A stretch of DNA of 64,000 bases from Akkermansiaceae bacterium. GTDB taxonomy: Bacteria; Verrucomicrobiota; Verrucomicrobiia; Verrucomicrobiales; Akkermansiaceae. This document shows, one piece after another, positions 55,472 to 63,729 of this stretch (positions within the stretch are counted from its first letter, which is position 1; every line of letters begins with the position of its first letter). The notes beneath the pieces are model-generated. The model was given only the letters and a program-made list of their open reading frames with translations, had not been told where the DNA came from and made no database searches. The stretch covers positions 1,190 to 65,189 of the forward strand of contig JBIIAI010000001.1 of NCBI GenBank assembly GCA_044239965.1, given 5' to 3'. A program made the translations under genes and the position numbers.

Positions 55472-56278
55472 ATGAAACCCCAAGCTCTGTTTTCGATCTG
55501 TGCCGCGTTGGCGCTTACTCTAGCGTGTAGCAATGCTGCAATCGTTGTTGTTGCCGAATTTCATCTTGGTGAAGCAGGCAGCCTTGGCGCGAATAATGTT
55601 CCCCTTGATTCGGCTTCCGGTGGCTCGCCCTTAGGAAGTCAAAATATATCTAACGAAATCAGCGGAGCTGCCGCCACCGTGGGGACAAGTGGTGTTTATG
55701 CACCTGGGTCGACAGCTTACCTCGATACATCTGAAGCTGGTAACGAAGGTTGGTACGATGGGAGTAGTACTTTGGGTTCGTTGGCGACTGACAACTTTGG
55801 ATTTGGCATTTTTGTCAGAGCTGCGAGTCTTGGAGCTACCCAAGGGGATGTGTTTACCTTAGGCGGTGGCCAAGATTCTTTTAAGCTGAGCCTTTCAGGC
55901 AATGGTTGGGCCGCAAGTTCCCATAATCGAGCGTGGATTGGTACGGATAATGGAATTAGCGGTAGTTTTACCGCAAATCAGTGGGTTCACCTTGCGTTGG
56001 TTCGCACCAGCGGCACCACGACATTTTACATCAATGGCACAGCCCAAGCAACTTATGGGGGGAATCCCGTTCATAATGCGATGCATCTGAGTGTAGCACC
56101 AGGCGGCAGTTCGTATTTTGATGGGCACATGGATGAAGCTCGTGTGGTGACATTTGATGCTGCCGATGTTGGAGCGGGTAACATCAATGTGCTCAATGCC
56201 TTGCAGGGTATCCCTGAAAGCTCGACTACGCTTTTGGGGGCAGTGTCTGTCATCTTGCTTCTTCGCCGTCGTCGTTGA
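55472..56278 (+). CDS. secreted LamG-like (concanavalin-type) protein with a PEP-CTERM tail
   Basis: 268 aa. Signal peptide MKPQALFSICAALALTLACSNA. The LamG-like core reads WVHLALVRTSGTTTFYINGTAQ...YFDGHMDEARVVTF. The C-terminus IPESSTTLLGAVSVILLLRRRR lies at nt 56210-56275. Confidence 0.8.
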   Translation: MKPQALFSICAALALTLACSNAAIVVVAEFHLGEAGSLGANNVPLDSASGGSPLGSQNISNEISGAAATVGTSGVYAPGSTAYLDTSEAGNEGWYDGSSTLGSLATDNFGFGIFVRAASLGATQGDVFTLGGGQDSFKLSLSGNGWAASSHNRAWIGTDNGISGSFTANQWVHLALVRTSGTTTFYINGTAQATYGGNPVHNAMHLSVAPGGSSYFDGHMDEARVVTFDAADVGAGNINVLNALQGIPESSTTLLGAVSVILLLRRRR

Positions 56279-56328
56279 TTCGCTTTTTCCCCAAAAAAAA
56301 TCTTCCCCATTCCATTATAAAAAATCCT

Positions 56329-59052
56329 ATGAAAACTTCATTCTATCTCAAGGCATCATTTTGTCTATTTTCTGTTATACCTGCTGTTGCAGCCATCACT
56401 CCGGTGGTGGAATTTCGTCTTGGTGAGTCTGGAACGCTGGATGCGAACAATGGCCCCATCGACTCGGTACTGGGAGGCACGCCGGCTGGTGCGCAAAACA
56501 TTTCCAATGCGATCAGCGGCACCTCGGGTGTTTTCGTGCGATCAGCTGGAGTCTTCGCGCCCGGGTCGAGTGCCTATCTGGATACGAGCAATGGAGCGAA
56601 CTCAGGTTGGTATGCGGCTAGCCCAACAGGCCTAGCAAATGACAACTTCGCGTTTGGGGTTTTTGCGCGTGCGGCGACTATTGATGGCCCCAATCAAGGC
56701 GACGTGATAACCATGGGAGGTGGAACTGGGGCCTTCAAGCTTTCCCTTTCTAGCAATGGTTGGGCTGCGAGTGCGCACAATGTTGCGTGGATCGGTCAAG
56801 GCAACGGGGTGAGCGGAAGTTTTTCACCACGCACGTGGGTGCATTTGGCACTCGTTCGCCAATCAGGCGTTACGACGTTTTACATCAACGGTGTGGCAAG
56901 TGGAACCTACTCGGGAACTCCAGCGAATGACTACATGCATTTTAGTGTAAACCCAGGAGGTGGTGCATATTTTGACGGTCTGGCCGATGATGCGCGGGTG
57001 GTGACCTTTGATGCCACGGACACGACGACTGACATTCTTAACGCTCTCACCAATGGACCAGTGCCGGTTCCTAATCGCTTGGTGCAAACGGAGACGACGG
57101 CCTATGATCAAGTGGCATTGGCCGCGAGCACGACATCGGAGTATCGACCAGGAGTCGACTCGACGAAGATCAACAAGGTCGATTCCTTTTCGGTAGCAAG
57201 TGGTCATACACTAAAAGTTGTAGCTGATGCCAGCCTTTCGGTTGGTGAGTATGATCTTTTCGAATATCAGTCGAGCACACCGATCAACCTCGCAAATATC
57301 ACGCTGCAGTTGCCCTCGCGGATGGGAGCATCGCTGGTGCAAGATTCCACCAATGCTCCGACTCATGTTGTGCGCTTGGAAATTACTGGGCTTGGTACGG
57401 TGAACTGGAATGGCAATGTGAGCTCGGTGTGGGATAGCGGTTCAGCACCGGATGTTGGTGGTGTGCAAAACTGGACCAGCAATGGCAATGCTACCAATTT
57501 CGCCGCGGGTGACTCCGTGGTGTTCAATGAAACGGCAACATCGTTTGCGGTGTCGATCAATGGTGCGGATGTGAGTCCCTCTGCTGTGCTGCTTGATCCC
57601 TTCGGCGTGGATTACACCTTTAGTGGATCTCATGGCATCACTGGATCTTGTGCGGTTTTGAAATCGAGCTCAGGAAAAGTTACATTCGCTAACACGAACA
57701 GTTACACGGGCAGCACGACCATTGCTCAAGGCACGCTGGCACTGGGAGATGGTGGCACGACGGGATCGGTGGGATCTGGCGATATCATAAACAATGGCAC
57801 TTTAGTAATTGATCGCAGTAATGAGATCAGCATAGCCAATGCGATTACTGGCACGGGTGATTTTGTCCATGACGGTGCTGGGACTACGACATTTCCTTCT
57901 GTGTTAGGAAGCACAGGTGCTGTGACGGTCAATGAGGGTTCTGTGGTCTTTCTCAACAACATTGCGAGCAATGCATTTACGATCGCGAGTGCTGCTCAGA
58001 TGGAAATCAACGTGCCGCTTGCCGCAATTCGTAACATGCCAACAAGTGTGATTTCGGGAGCTGGTCAGTTGATTAAGTCTGGTTCGGGCACACTCGTTTG
58101 GGCTGCCAGTTCGGCGACCTTTGCGATGGATTCTGGAGCCTTGATTGACGTGCAGGAGGGATCGTTGATCGCGGGCAGCAATGCGAATGAAAATTGGACA
58201 AACAACAAAGCGGATTTGCATGTCGCTGGGGGCGCGTTGTTCGATGCCTCTGAGGCAACGATTGTCGAAAATGGTGGAATTTTCGTGGATGCGATCACGG
58301 GTGAGGGAGTGATTCGAGTCGGCTACGGCGCACCGGGTTCTTATGCGTCCAAGATCACTTTCGGTGTAGACAATGGCAGCGGCACTTTTGCTGGAGTGCT
58401 TGCCAACGACGAGGCGGTGGGTTCTTTCACTAAAGTGGGCACTGGCACGCAAGTATTGACTGGCATGAATACTTACACGGGCGACACCACCGTGGATGGC
58501 GGCACGCTATCGATCAGCCAGGCGTATTTGGCGGACGGTGCCGATGTGCGCATTGCTGCTGGAGCTATAGTGGATCTGACGCATAGCGCGGTGGATTCGA
58601 TCGATCAACTTTTCGTCGATGGCGTCGCTCAGACTCCGGGGATTTACGGTTCGCTGACATCCGCTGCACTCACGAAAGTGTCCTACCTAACGGGCTCAGG
58701 GATGCTGCGTGTGGGAATGTTTGGTTATCCGGCTTGGGCTCAAATCAATGCCTCTAGTCAAAATGCATCGGCTGATGCTGACGGCGACGGTGTAGCCAAT
58801 GGTGTCGAGTATTTTATGGGTCTTACTGGCTCGGGAGCGACGGCCAATCCAGCGGTGGTCGATGGCTCGGTGACCTGGCCACGTGATCCTGCGGCTTTGG
58901 CTTCGTTTGTAGTGCAGATTTCAGAAGATCTGACCAACTGGACAACGGCTCCTGCTGCCGACGTCGATGACTCTGACCCCACCAAGGTGATCTACACTCT
59001 ACCCGAGGGTGAGGTGAAGCACTTCGTGCGGCTTGTGGTAAATCCGTTGTGA
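56329..59052 (+). CDS. secreted LamG-like plus PATR repeat protein with a C-terminal DxDxDG module
   Basis: The ATG at 56329 gives MKTSFYLKASFCLFSVIPAVAA. The N-terminal roughly 230 aa is paralogous to the preceding gene (WVHLALVRQSGVTTFYINGVAS...YFDGLADDARVVTF). PATR units follow (VLKSSSGKVTFANTNSYTGSTTIAQGTLAL, FTKVGTGTQVLTGMNTYTGDTTVDGGTLSI). The tail begins DADGDGVANGVEYFMG at nt 58774. Confidence 0.8.
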   Translation: MKTSFYLKASFCLFSVIPAVAAITPVVEFRLGESGTLDANNGPIDSVLGGTPAGAQNISNAISGTSGVFVRSAGVFAPGSSAYLDTSNGANSGWYAASPTGLANDNFAFGVFARAATIDGPNQGDVITMGGGTGAFKLSLSSNGWAASAHNVAWIGQGNGVSGSFSPRTWVHLALVRQSGVTTFYINGVASGTYSGTPANDYMHFSVNPGGGAYFDGLADDARVVTFDATDTTTDILNALTNGPVPVPNRLVQTETTAYDQVALAASTTSEYRPGVDSTKINKVDSFSVASGHTLKVVADASLSVGEYDLFEYQSSTPINLANITLQLPSRMGASLVQDSTNAPTHVVRLEITGLGTVNWNGNVSSVWDSGSAPDVGGVQNWTSNGNATNFAAGDSVVFNETATSFAVSINGADVSPSAVLLDPFGVDYTFSGSHGITGSCAVLKSSSGKVTFANTNSYTGSTTIAQGTLALGDGGTTGSVGSGDIINNGTLVIDRSNEISIANAITGTGDFVHDGAGTTTFPSVLGSTGAVTVNEGSVVFLNNIASNAFTIASAAQMEINVPLAAIRNMPTSVISGAGQLIKSGSGTLVWAASSATFAMDSGALIDVQEGSLIAGSNANENWTNNKADLHVAGGALFDASEATIVENGGIFVDAITGEGVIRVGYGAPGSYASKITFGVDNGSGTFAGVLANDEAVGSFTKVGTGTQVLTGMNTYTGDTTVDGGTLSISQAYLADGADVRIAAGAIVDLTHSAVDSIDQLFVDGVAQTPGIYGSLTSAALTKVSYLTGSGMLRVGMFGYPAWAQINASSQNASADADGDGVANGVEYFMGLTGSGATANPAVVDGSVTWPRDPAALASFVVQISEDLTNWTTAPAADVDDSDPTKVIYTLPEGEVKHFVRLVVNPL

Positions 59053-59060
59053 TTTTAGGC

Positions 59061-59990
59061 TCAGACCTCGAACAACGAGGTCACGGACTGTCCGCCGTTG
59101 ATGCGGCGGATGGCTTCGGCGAGCAATGGGGCAATCTCGACGGCGTGAACTTTTTCGCCATTCGCCATCGGCACGGAGTCGGTGGTGATCACGGTTTCAA
59201 TGGCAGAGGCTTTGATGCGCTCGCGGCCCATGTCGCCGAGGACGGCGTGAGAGACACCAGCATAAATGCGGCGGGCGCCATTTCGCTGGAGAATTTCTGC
59301 TGCGGCACAGAGCGTGCCTGCGGTCTCGGTCATGTCATCGACGAGCAAGACATCGCGACCTTCGACTTCACCGATGACGTTCATCGCCTCGACCTTCGTC
59401 GCGCTGACGCGATGTTTCGCAACGATGGCGAGATCGGCACCGAGGGCATCGGCGTAAGCACGAGCCATTTTCACGCCGCCGACATCGGGTGACACGACGG
59501 TGAGGTTGCCATCAGCTCCCGCACCTTGCTCGCGCAGGTAGTGGATGAGTGCAGGTTTGGCGTAAAGATGATCGACGGGAATGTCGAAAAAACCTTGGAT
59601 CTGCGGGGCGTGAAGGTCCATGGTGATGAGGCGATCGACGCCAGCTTCGGTGAGCATATTGGCGACGAGCTTAGCGGTGATTGGCACGCGAGGTTGGTCC
59701 TTGCGGTCTTGGCGTGCATAGCCGAAAAATGGCATCACAGCATTGATGCGACCGGCACTGGCGCGGCGAGCGGCATCCACCATGATCAGCAGTTCCATGA
59801 TGTTGTGATTGGTCGGTGGGCATGAAGGCTGAATGATGAACACATCGGCACCGCGGATGTTTTCGTTGATTTTCACGAAGGTCTCGCCATCGGGAAATGC
59901 GGTGACGTGTACGTCCGCAAGTTTGGTTCCCAAGTTCTCGGCGATTCGTTCTGCTAGGCCTCTGTGAGCTGTTCCACTAATGAGTTTCAT
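59061..59990 (-). CDS. prs: ribose-phosphate pyrophosphokinase
   Basis: The ATG at 59990 gives MKLISGTAHRGLAERIAENLGTKLADVHVTAFPDGETFVKINENIRGADVFIIQP. It also shows YARQDRK and the PRPP-binding loop VLLVDDMTETAGTL. Confidence 0.95.
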   Translation of the reverse strand: MKLISGTAHRGLAERIAENLGTKLADVHVTAFPDGETFVKINENIRGADVFIIQPSCPPTNHNIMELLIMVDAARRASAGRINAVMPFFGYARQDRKDQPRVPITAKLVANMLTEAGVDRLITMDLHAPQIQGFFDIPVDHLYAKPALIHYLREQGAGADGNLTVVSPDVGGVKMARAYADALGADLAIVAKHRVSATKVEAMNVIGEVEGRDVLLVDDMTETAGTLCAAAEILQRNGARRIYAGVSHAVLGDMGRERIKASAIETVITTDSVPMANGEKVHAVEIAPLLAEAIRRINGGQSVTSLFEV

Positions 59991-60072
59991 GCGCGGGGTC
60001 ACCATGCACAAGCGTGGGGTGGAGTGCAACCCTTCGTATCAAATCCGCGTAAATTTTTCGCTAGCAGATGTA

Positions 60073-61128
60073 TTACAAATCCTTGAGGCGACCTTTGGCC
60101 CAATCGAGTAGGCCCTCGTATTCTTCATTTTTGGGGCGCAATACCAGCAACTCTTCCCACACCTTGATGCTGGCGGCCCAACTGGTTTTCGCTTGCGGGA
60201 AGTTTTTGTCCAATTGCGCGGCGTGTGCCATATCCGCGTGGATGAAGCCGACAAAACGTTTGACGTTTTCGGCGCGCAGGTAGCCGTGATCTTTGTCGCT
60301 GAGCTTACTCAGCATGTCGAGCGCTTGTTGATACAAGGCGAATCCTTCTTTGTGGTCCTTCTCCGCTCCGATGATGTGAGCTTTTTCCCAAAGCAGACGA
60401 CCGAGATTGAACTGGGCAAGGGCATCGGACTTTTCGCCCGTAACGTGGCTGACGAGCAATTTGATGCCGCGCTCGACGATTTCGAGGGCTTTTGTCGCTT
60501 GGCCTTGATCGGTGAGCAAGCTGGCAGTGATGAAATACTGCGAGGCGAGGCGCGAAGCCACCTGAGCGTTCTCGGGTTGCTCTTGGATGAGTTTGTCGAG
60601 TAAGGTGATGGCATCCTTGGAGAGTTGATCGGCGGAGGAAATATCGCCGGCGAGCATCGAGGCCTCGGCCATGGCTCCATAGGTGCCGGCAAGGTCGAGG
60701 CGCAGCGCGAAATCTTTGGGGTTGACCTTGAGTTGCGCTTGGATCTCGTTGACGGCGAGAGCGCGGGTTTCGCGGGCATCGCCGAGGTTGCCCATGCCTT
60801 CGAGGATGGTAGCGGAAGAAAGGTAACAATTGGCGAGTTCGGATCGCAGAATGCTGGCATCGGGACGAGCATCGGCGAGCTCGTTGAGCTGCTTGGTGGC
60901 ATTCATCAATTGCTCAAGTGCTTTGGCGTCGTCGGCTTTCTCGGCAAAATTTTTCGCCTCATGGTAGTCGAGGATCGCACGGAGTTGCTTGAGTCGGTCT
61001 TGGTCTGCCTTGGGGTCTTTGACTTCGCTCAGGGCTGTGCGTGCCTCGGTGAAGGCTTGGGCGCTGCGAGCGTCGCCCATTTGTTGCCAAAGCAGGGCGA
61101 GCAGGAGTCGGTCGGTGGCGATGCGCAT
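60073..61128 (-). CDS. TPR-repeat segment, in frame with the two upstream ORFs
   Basis: 351 aa of TPR-like Ala/Leu-rich repeats. The 48 codons between the upstream TAA (61273-61275) and this ATG are open, contain no ATG, GTG or TTG, and read as continuous TPR-like sequence (PDLAEESARAKLQLAEISLALGQAEVAATRLQEALAALKPLE...). Confidence 0.55.
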   Translation of the reverse strand: MRIATDRLLLALLWQQMGDARSAQAFTEARTALSEVKDPKADQDRLKQLRAILDYHEAKNFAEKADDAKALEQLMNATKQLNELADARPDASILRSELANCYLSSATILEGMGNLGDARETRALAVNEIQAQLKVNPKDFALRLDLAGTYGAMAEASMLAGDISSADQLSKDAITLLDKLIQEQPENAQVASRLASQYFITASLLTDQGQATKALEIVERGIKLLVSHVTGEKSDALAQFNLGRLLWEKAHIIGAEKDHKEGFALYQQALDMLSKLSDKDHGYLRAENVKRFVGFIHADMAHAAQLDKNFPQAKTSWAASIKVWEELLVLRPKNEEYEGLLDWAKGRLKDL

Positions 61129-61272
61129 GTCCCAAGATCCGTTGGTTTCCAGCGGCTTGAGCGCGGCGAGGGCTTCTTGGAGACGAGTGGCTGCGACTTC
61201 GGCTTGACCGAGGGCGAGGGAAATTTCCGCGAGCTGAAGCTTCGCGCGGGCGCTTTCCTCGGCGAGATCAGG

Positions 61273-61674
61273 TTATTTTTCGTGCTCGGTGATGAAGGTT
61301 TGGTAGTAGCTTTCGAGGCGTTTGAGTCGGGTCTCACGACCATCGAGCGGCAGTAGGTTGCGATTGCCTTTTTCAAGCGCCCAGGCGAAAAGTCGATCAC
61401 CCGTGTCGCGCGCGGATTCGATGCGTGCCAGCCAAATCGCTCGTTCACTTTTCAATGTGTCCTCGGCGGTTTTTTGGGCCGTTTCGGCAGCGGAGACTTC
61501 TTTGGTGCGCAGCTCATCCGCTGATTGCTTGCCTTCTACGGCGAGGCGAGTGGTTTCACGCAAATCCTTCAACTCCGTAGCCCGATCTTCTTTTTCATTC
61601 GAGAGCAAACGTGCCGTGTTGAGCCACAGGAAACCGAGCAAGGCGCCGATGCCTAAGAGCACGCCAGCAGCCAT
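61273..61674 (-). CDS. transmembrane plus coiled-coil segment, in frame with the kinase ORF
   Basis: 133 aa. MAAGVLLGIGALLGFLWL is a TM helix starting one codon after the kinase TGA in the same frame. A charged coiled coil follows, and the ORF ends ...FITEHEK then TAA. Confidence 0.5.
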   Translation of the reverse strand: MAAGVLLGIGALLGFLWLNTARLLSNEKEDRATELKDLRETTRLAVEGKQSADELRTKEVSAAETAQKTAEDTLKSERAIWLARIESARDTGDRLFAWALEKGNRNLLPLDGRETRLKRLESYYQTFITEHEK

Positions 61675-61677
61675 GGT

Positions 61678-62619
61678 TCACATCCACGAGCGGCGGTCAG
61701 CACGACGGCGCTGATTGAGTAAAAGATCGCGATGTTCCTCCGCGTCGTTGCGTTGATCGATGTCTTCAAAGCGATGCAAAACCTCGACCATCGATGAAGG
61801 CCGCGTCAAGGGATCCAGCGTGAGACATTGGTTGATCAACTCACGGTACTGGGCTTCACGAACATTTTGTGGCTCATCGGGCCAAGAAAAACGGGCGTGC
61901 AGGGCGAGGTTCTGTGCGATTTTATGGGTGTCGGCAATGATCCCATCGCGCCGCGTTTCTCCAGCGGCCGGAGCGACCATGCAGAATGTTTCCTCGCAAC
62001 GAGGAAATGTTCCCGTCAATAGCCGAAAGCTTAGTACCCCGAAGGCGAATACGTCCCAGCGATAGCCAGCTTCGTCGAGGTAACCCTCAGGCTGAAGCAG
62101 TTGCTCGGGCGGTTGGTAGAGAAAGGCGTCGGTGTATTCGAGATGACTGATCCCAGGCATGTTGCCCACGTCCCAGTCGGTGAGCAAAAGTTCTCCCGAT
62201 TCGGCAAAAAATACGTTGCCCGGCTTGATGTTGCCGTGCGCGACTTGTCGGCCGTGCATCGATGCCAAGGCCTGCGTCAATTCCCGCACCAAGTCCCACG
62301 AATGAGCTGCGGGAAATTGCGCCAAACGATGCTGCAAGCTGCTAGGAATGCCTCCATCATCAAAATACGATTGCGTCACCCGCAGTGCAGGTCGACCATC
62401 AAAATTCGCGGAGATGACTGGCATCACCCCCTTCGGCCAGCCTCCATGCTCGAGCCGCGCCGTTGCCTTGCTCAGCAACTGCCGATTGATCGACATCCCC
62501 TGAAACACCTTGACCGAGAGCTGTGTGCCGCTCTCGTCATCGGCCGTATAGACCGTGCCACTCACGCCGCTGCCGACCGTGAGTTTGACGCGCAAGCCAT
62601 CAATGCGTGGTGTTTCCAT
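61678..62619 (-). CDS. Ser/Thr protein-kinase-like domain (probable pseudokinase); first segment of an interrupted gene
   Basis: 313 aa. Gly-rich loop VGSGVSGTVY, LSVKV Lys, the catalytic loop reads HGNIKPGN instead of HRDLKPxN, TDWDVG sits at the DFG position, and PPE is present. It ends RRRADRRSWM then TGA. Confidence 0.7.
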   Translation of the reverse strand: METPRIDGLRVKLTVGSGVSGTVYTADDESGTQLSVKVFQGMSINRQLLSKATARLEHGGWPKGVMPVISANFDGRPALRVTQSYFDDGGIPSSLQHRLAQFPAAHSWDLVRELTQALASMHGRQVAHGNIKPGNVFFAESGELLLTDWDVGNMPGISHLEYTDAFLYQPPEQLLQPEGYLDEAGYRWDVFAFGVLSFRLLTGTFPRCEETFCMVAPAAGETRRDGIIADTHKIAQNLALHARFSWPDEPQNVREAQYRELINQCLTLDPLTRPSSMVEVLHRFEDIDQRNDAEEHRDLLLNQRRRADRRSWM

Positions 62620-62697
62620 TCGCGCTCTTTATAGCGAATGGCTTATTATTTGGCAATGCTTATTTTCAATGGTTGACGCGCGATTTCTTCTGGAAAA

Positions 62698-63483
62698 TCA
62701 GCGCCCTTTGCCGAATGCAGCCGCAAGATCGAGTAAGGCGGCATTTTCCACGCGATCAGCCGTGAGAATCGCTTGCTTCTGAAGCTCCACGATCTCCTGG
62801 ATGCCCTTGTGCGCGAGCCCAAGCATCGCTGTCATCTCCTCAGCACTGAAAACAGCTTCTTCGCCCGAGCCCTGAACCTCGACAAATTTCCCGCTCTCGG
62901 TCATCACCACGTTGAAATCCACACTCGCATCCTTGTCCTCAGGATAGTTCAGATCAAGAATGGGCGTGGCTTGATAAACACCACTCGACACCGCAGCGAC
63001 CAATTGTTTCAAAGGAAAATCCTTGATTTTTCCCGCAGAAAGCAAGCGATTGCAGGCAATGGCCACGGCCACGCAGGCGCCGGTGATCGATGCCGTACGC
63101 GTGCCGCCATCGGCCTGCAATACATCACAATCGATCCACAGCGTGCGTTGCCCGATTTTTTTCAAATCCACCACCGCGCGCAGGGCCCGACCGATCAGAC
63201 GCTGGATTTCCGAGGAGCGACCGTCGATTTTCCCCTTCGAAATATCGCGTTGCTTGCGTTCCAGCGTCGAATACGGAAGCATCGAGTATTCCGCCGTGAG
63301 CCAGCCACCCTTCACGCCTTGTTGCTTCATCCAACGCGGCACATCCTCTTCCACACTGCAGGCGCAGATCACCTTGGTATTGCCAAAGGAAACCAAAACC
63401 GAGCCCTGCGCGTAGGGCGCGACGTTTGGGGTAAAGGAAATTTCACGAAGTTGGTCGGCAGATCTGCCATCGGGTCGAGTCAT
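62698..63483 (-). CDS. rph: ribonuclease PH
   Basis: The ATG at 63483 gives MTRPDGRSADQLREISFTPNVAPYAQGSVLVSFGNTKVICA. It also shows GWLTAEYSMLPYST, DGRSSEIQRLIGRALR and CDVLQADGGTRTASITGA. The 58 upstream codons of the track ORF look non-coding. Confidence 0.95.
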   Translation of the reverse strand: MTRPDGRSADQLREISFTPNVAPYAQGSVLVSFGNTKVICACSVEEDVPRWMKQQGVKGGWLTAEYSMLPYSTLERKQRDISKGKIDGRSSEIQRLIGRALRAVVDLKKIGQRTLWIDCDVLQADGGTRTASITGACVAVAIACNRLLSAGKIKDFPLKQLVAAVSSGVYQATPILDLNYPEDKDASVDFNVVMTESGKFVEVQGSGEEAVFSAEEMTAMLGLAHKGIQEIVELQKQAILTADRVENAALLDLAAAFGKGR

Positions 63484-63729
63484 GCCGAGATTGAACACGA
63501 GGAAAGAAAATGCGTCCAGACTTTCGTGCAGAGAATGCCGCGAAATCGTCGTTGGAAGCAGAATAGCAGAAAAGGAAATGAATGAAAATTTTCGCGCAGA
63601 GACGCGGAGACGCAGAGATTTTTTTGATGGGCTAGGAAATAACTTATCCGACTTCACTTCCTCTGAGTTTTGAGAGAAGCGAGTACGAGAATTTTAAGGT
63701 AAGAGTATTTTGTGGGCATGGATTGGAAA

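Larger units (their letters stand above)
60073..62619 (-). pseudogene. kinase-TM-coiled coil-TPR gene interrupted by two in-frame stop codons (TGA 61678-61680, TAA 61273-61275)
   Basis: All three ORFs share one reading frame: 62619, 61674 and 61128 are all multiples of 3. Together they make 849 contiguous codons with only two stops and no frameshift. Confidence 0.45.

Noticed and set aside
60193-61356. Plus-strand ORFs (60193-60603, 60625-61356) and several minus-strand alternative-frame ORFs over the TPR segment. Similarly, 62773-63585(+) lies opposite rph.
   Set aside because: They are opposite or out of frame relative to CDSs with strong family signatures (TPR repeats, RNase PH). They are typical GC-rich shadow ORFs.
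61675-61680. The TGA between the kinase and TM ORFs as a selenocysteine or other programmed recoding site, given that a selO gene is in the window.
   Set aside because: I could see no SECIS-like hairpin immediately downstream. The second interruption is TAA, which cannot be explained that way. Bacterial SelO is not itself evidence of selenoprotein decoding. The case is treated as nonsense mutation, sequencing error or split gene until reads are checked.
63596-63625. Tandem 8-mers GCAGAGAC GCGGAGAC GCAGAGA followed by T7, considered as a terminator.
   Set aside because: Both flanking genes are on the minus strand, where this reads as an A-run followed by weakly pairing repeats. The stems are only 3-4 bp. 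It is more likely incidental or part of the rph promoter region.
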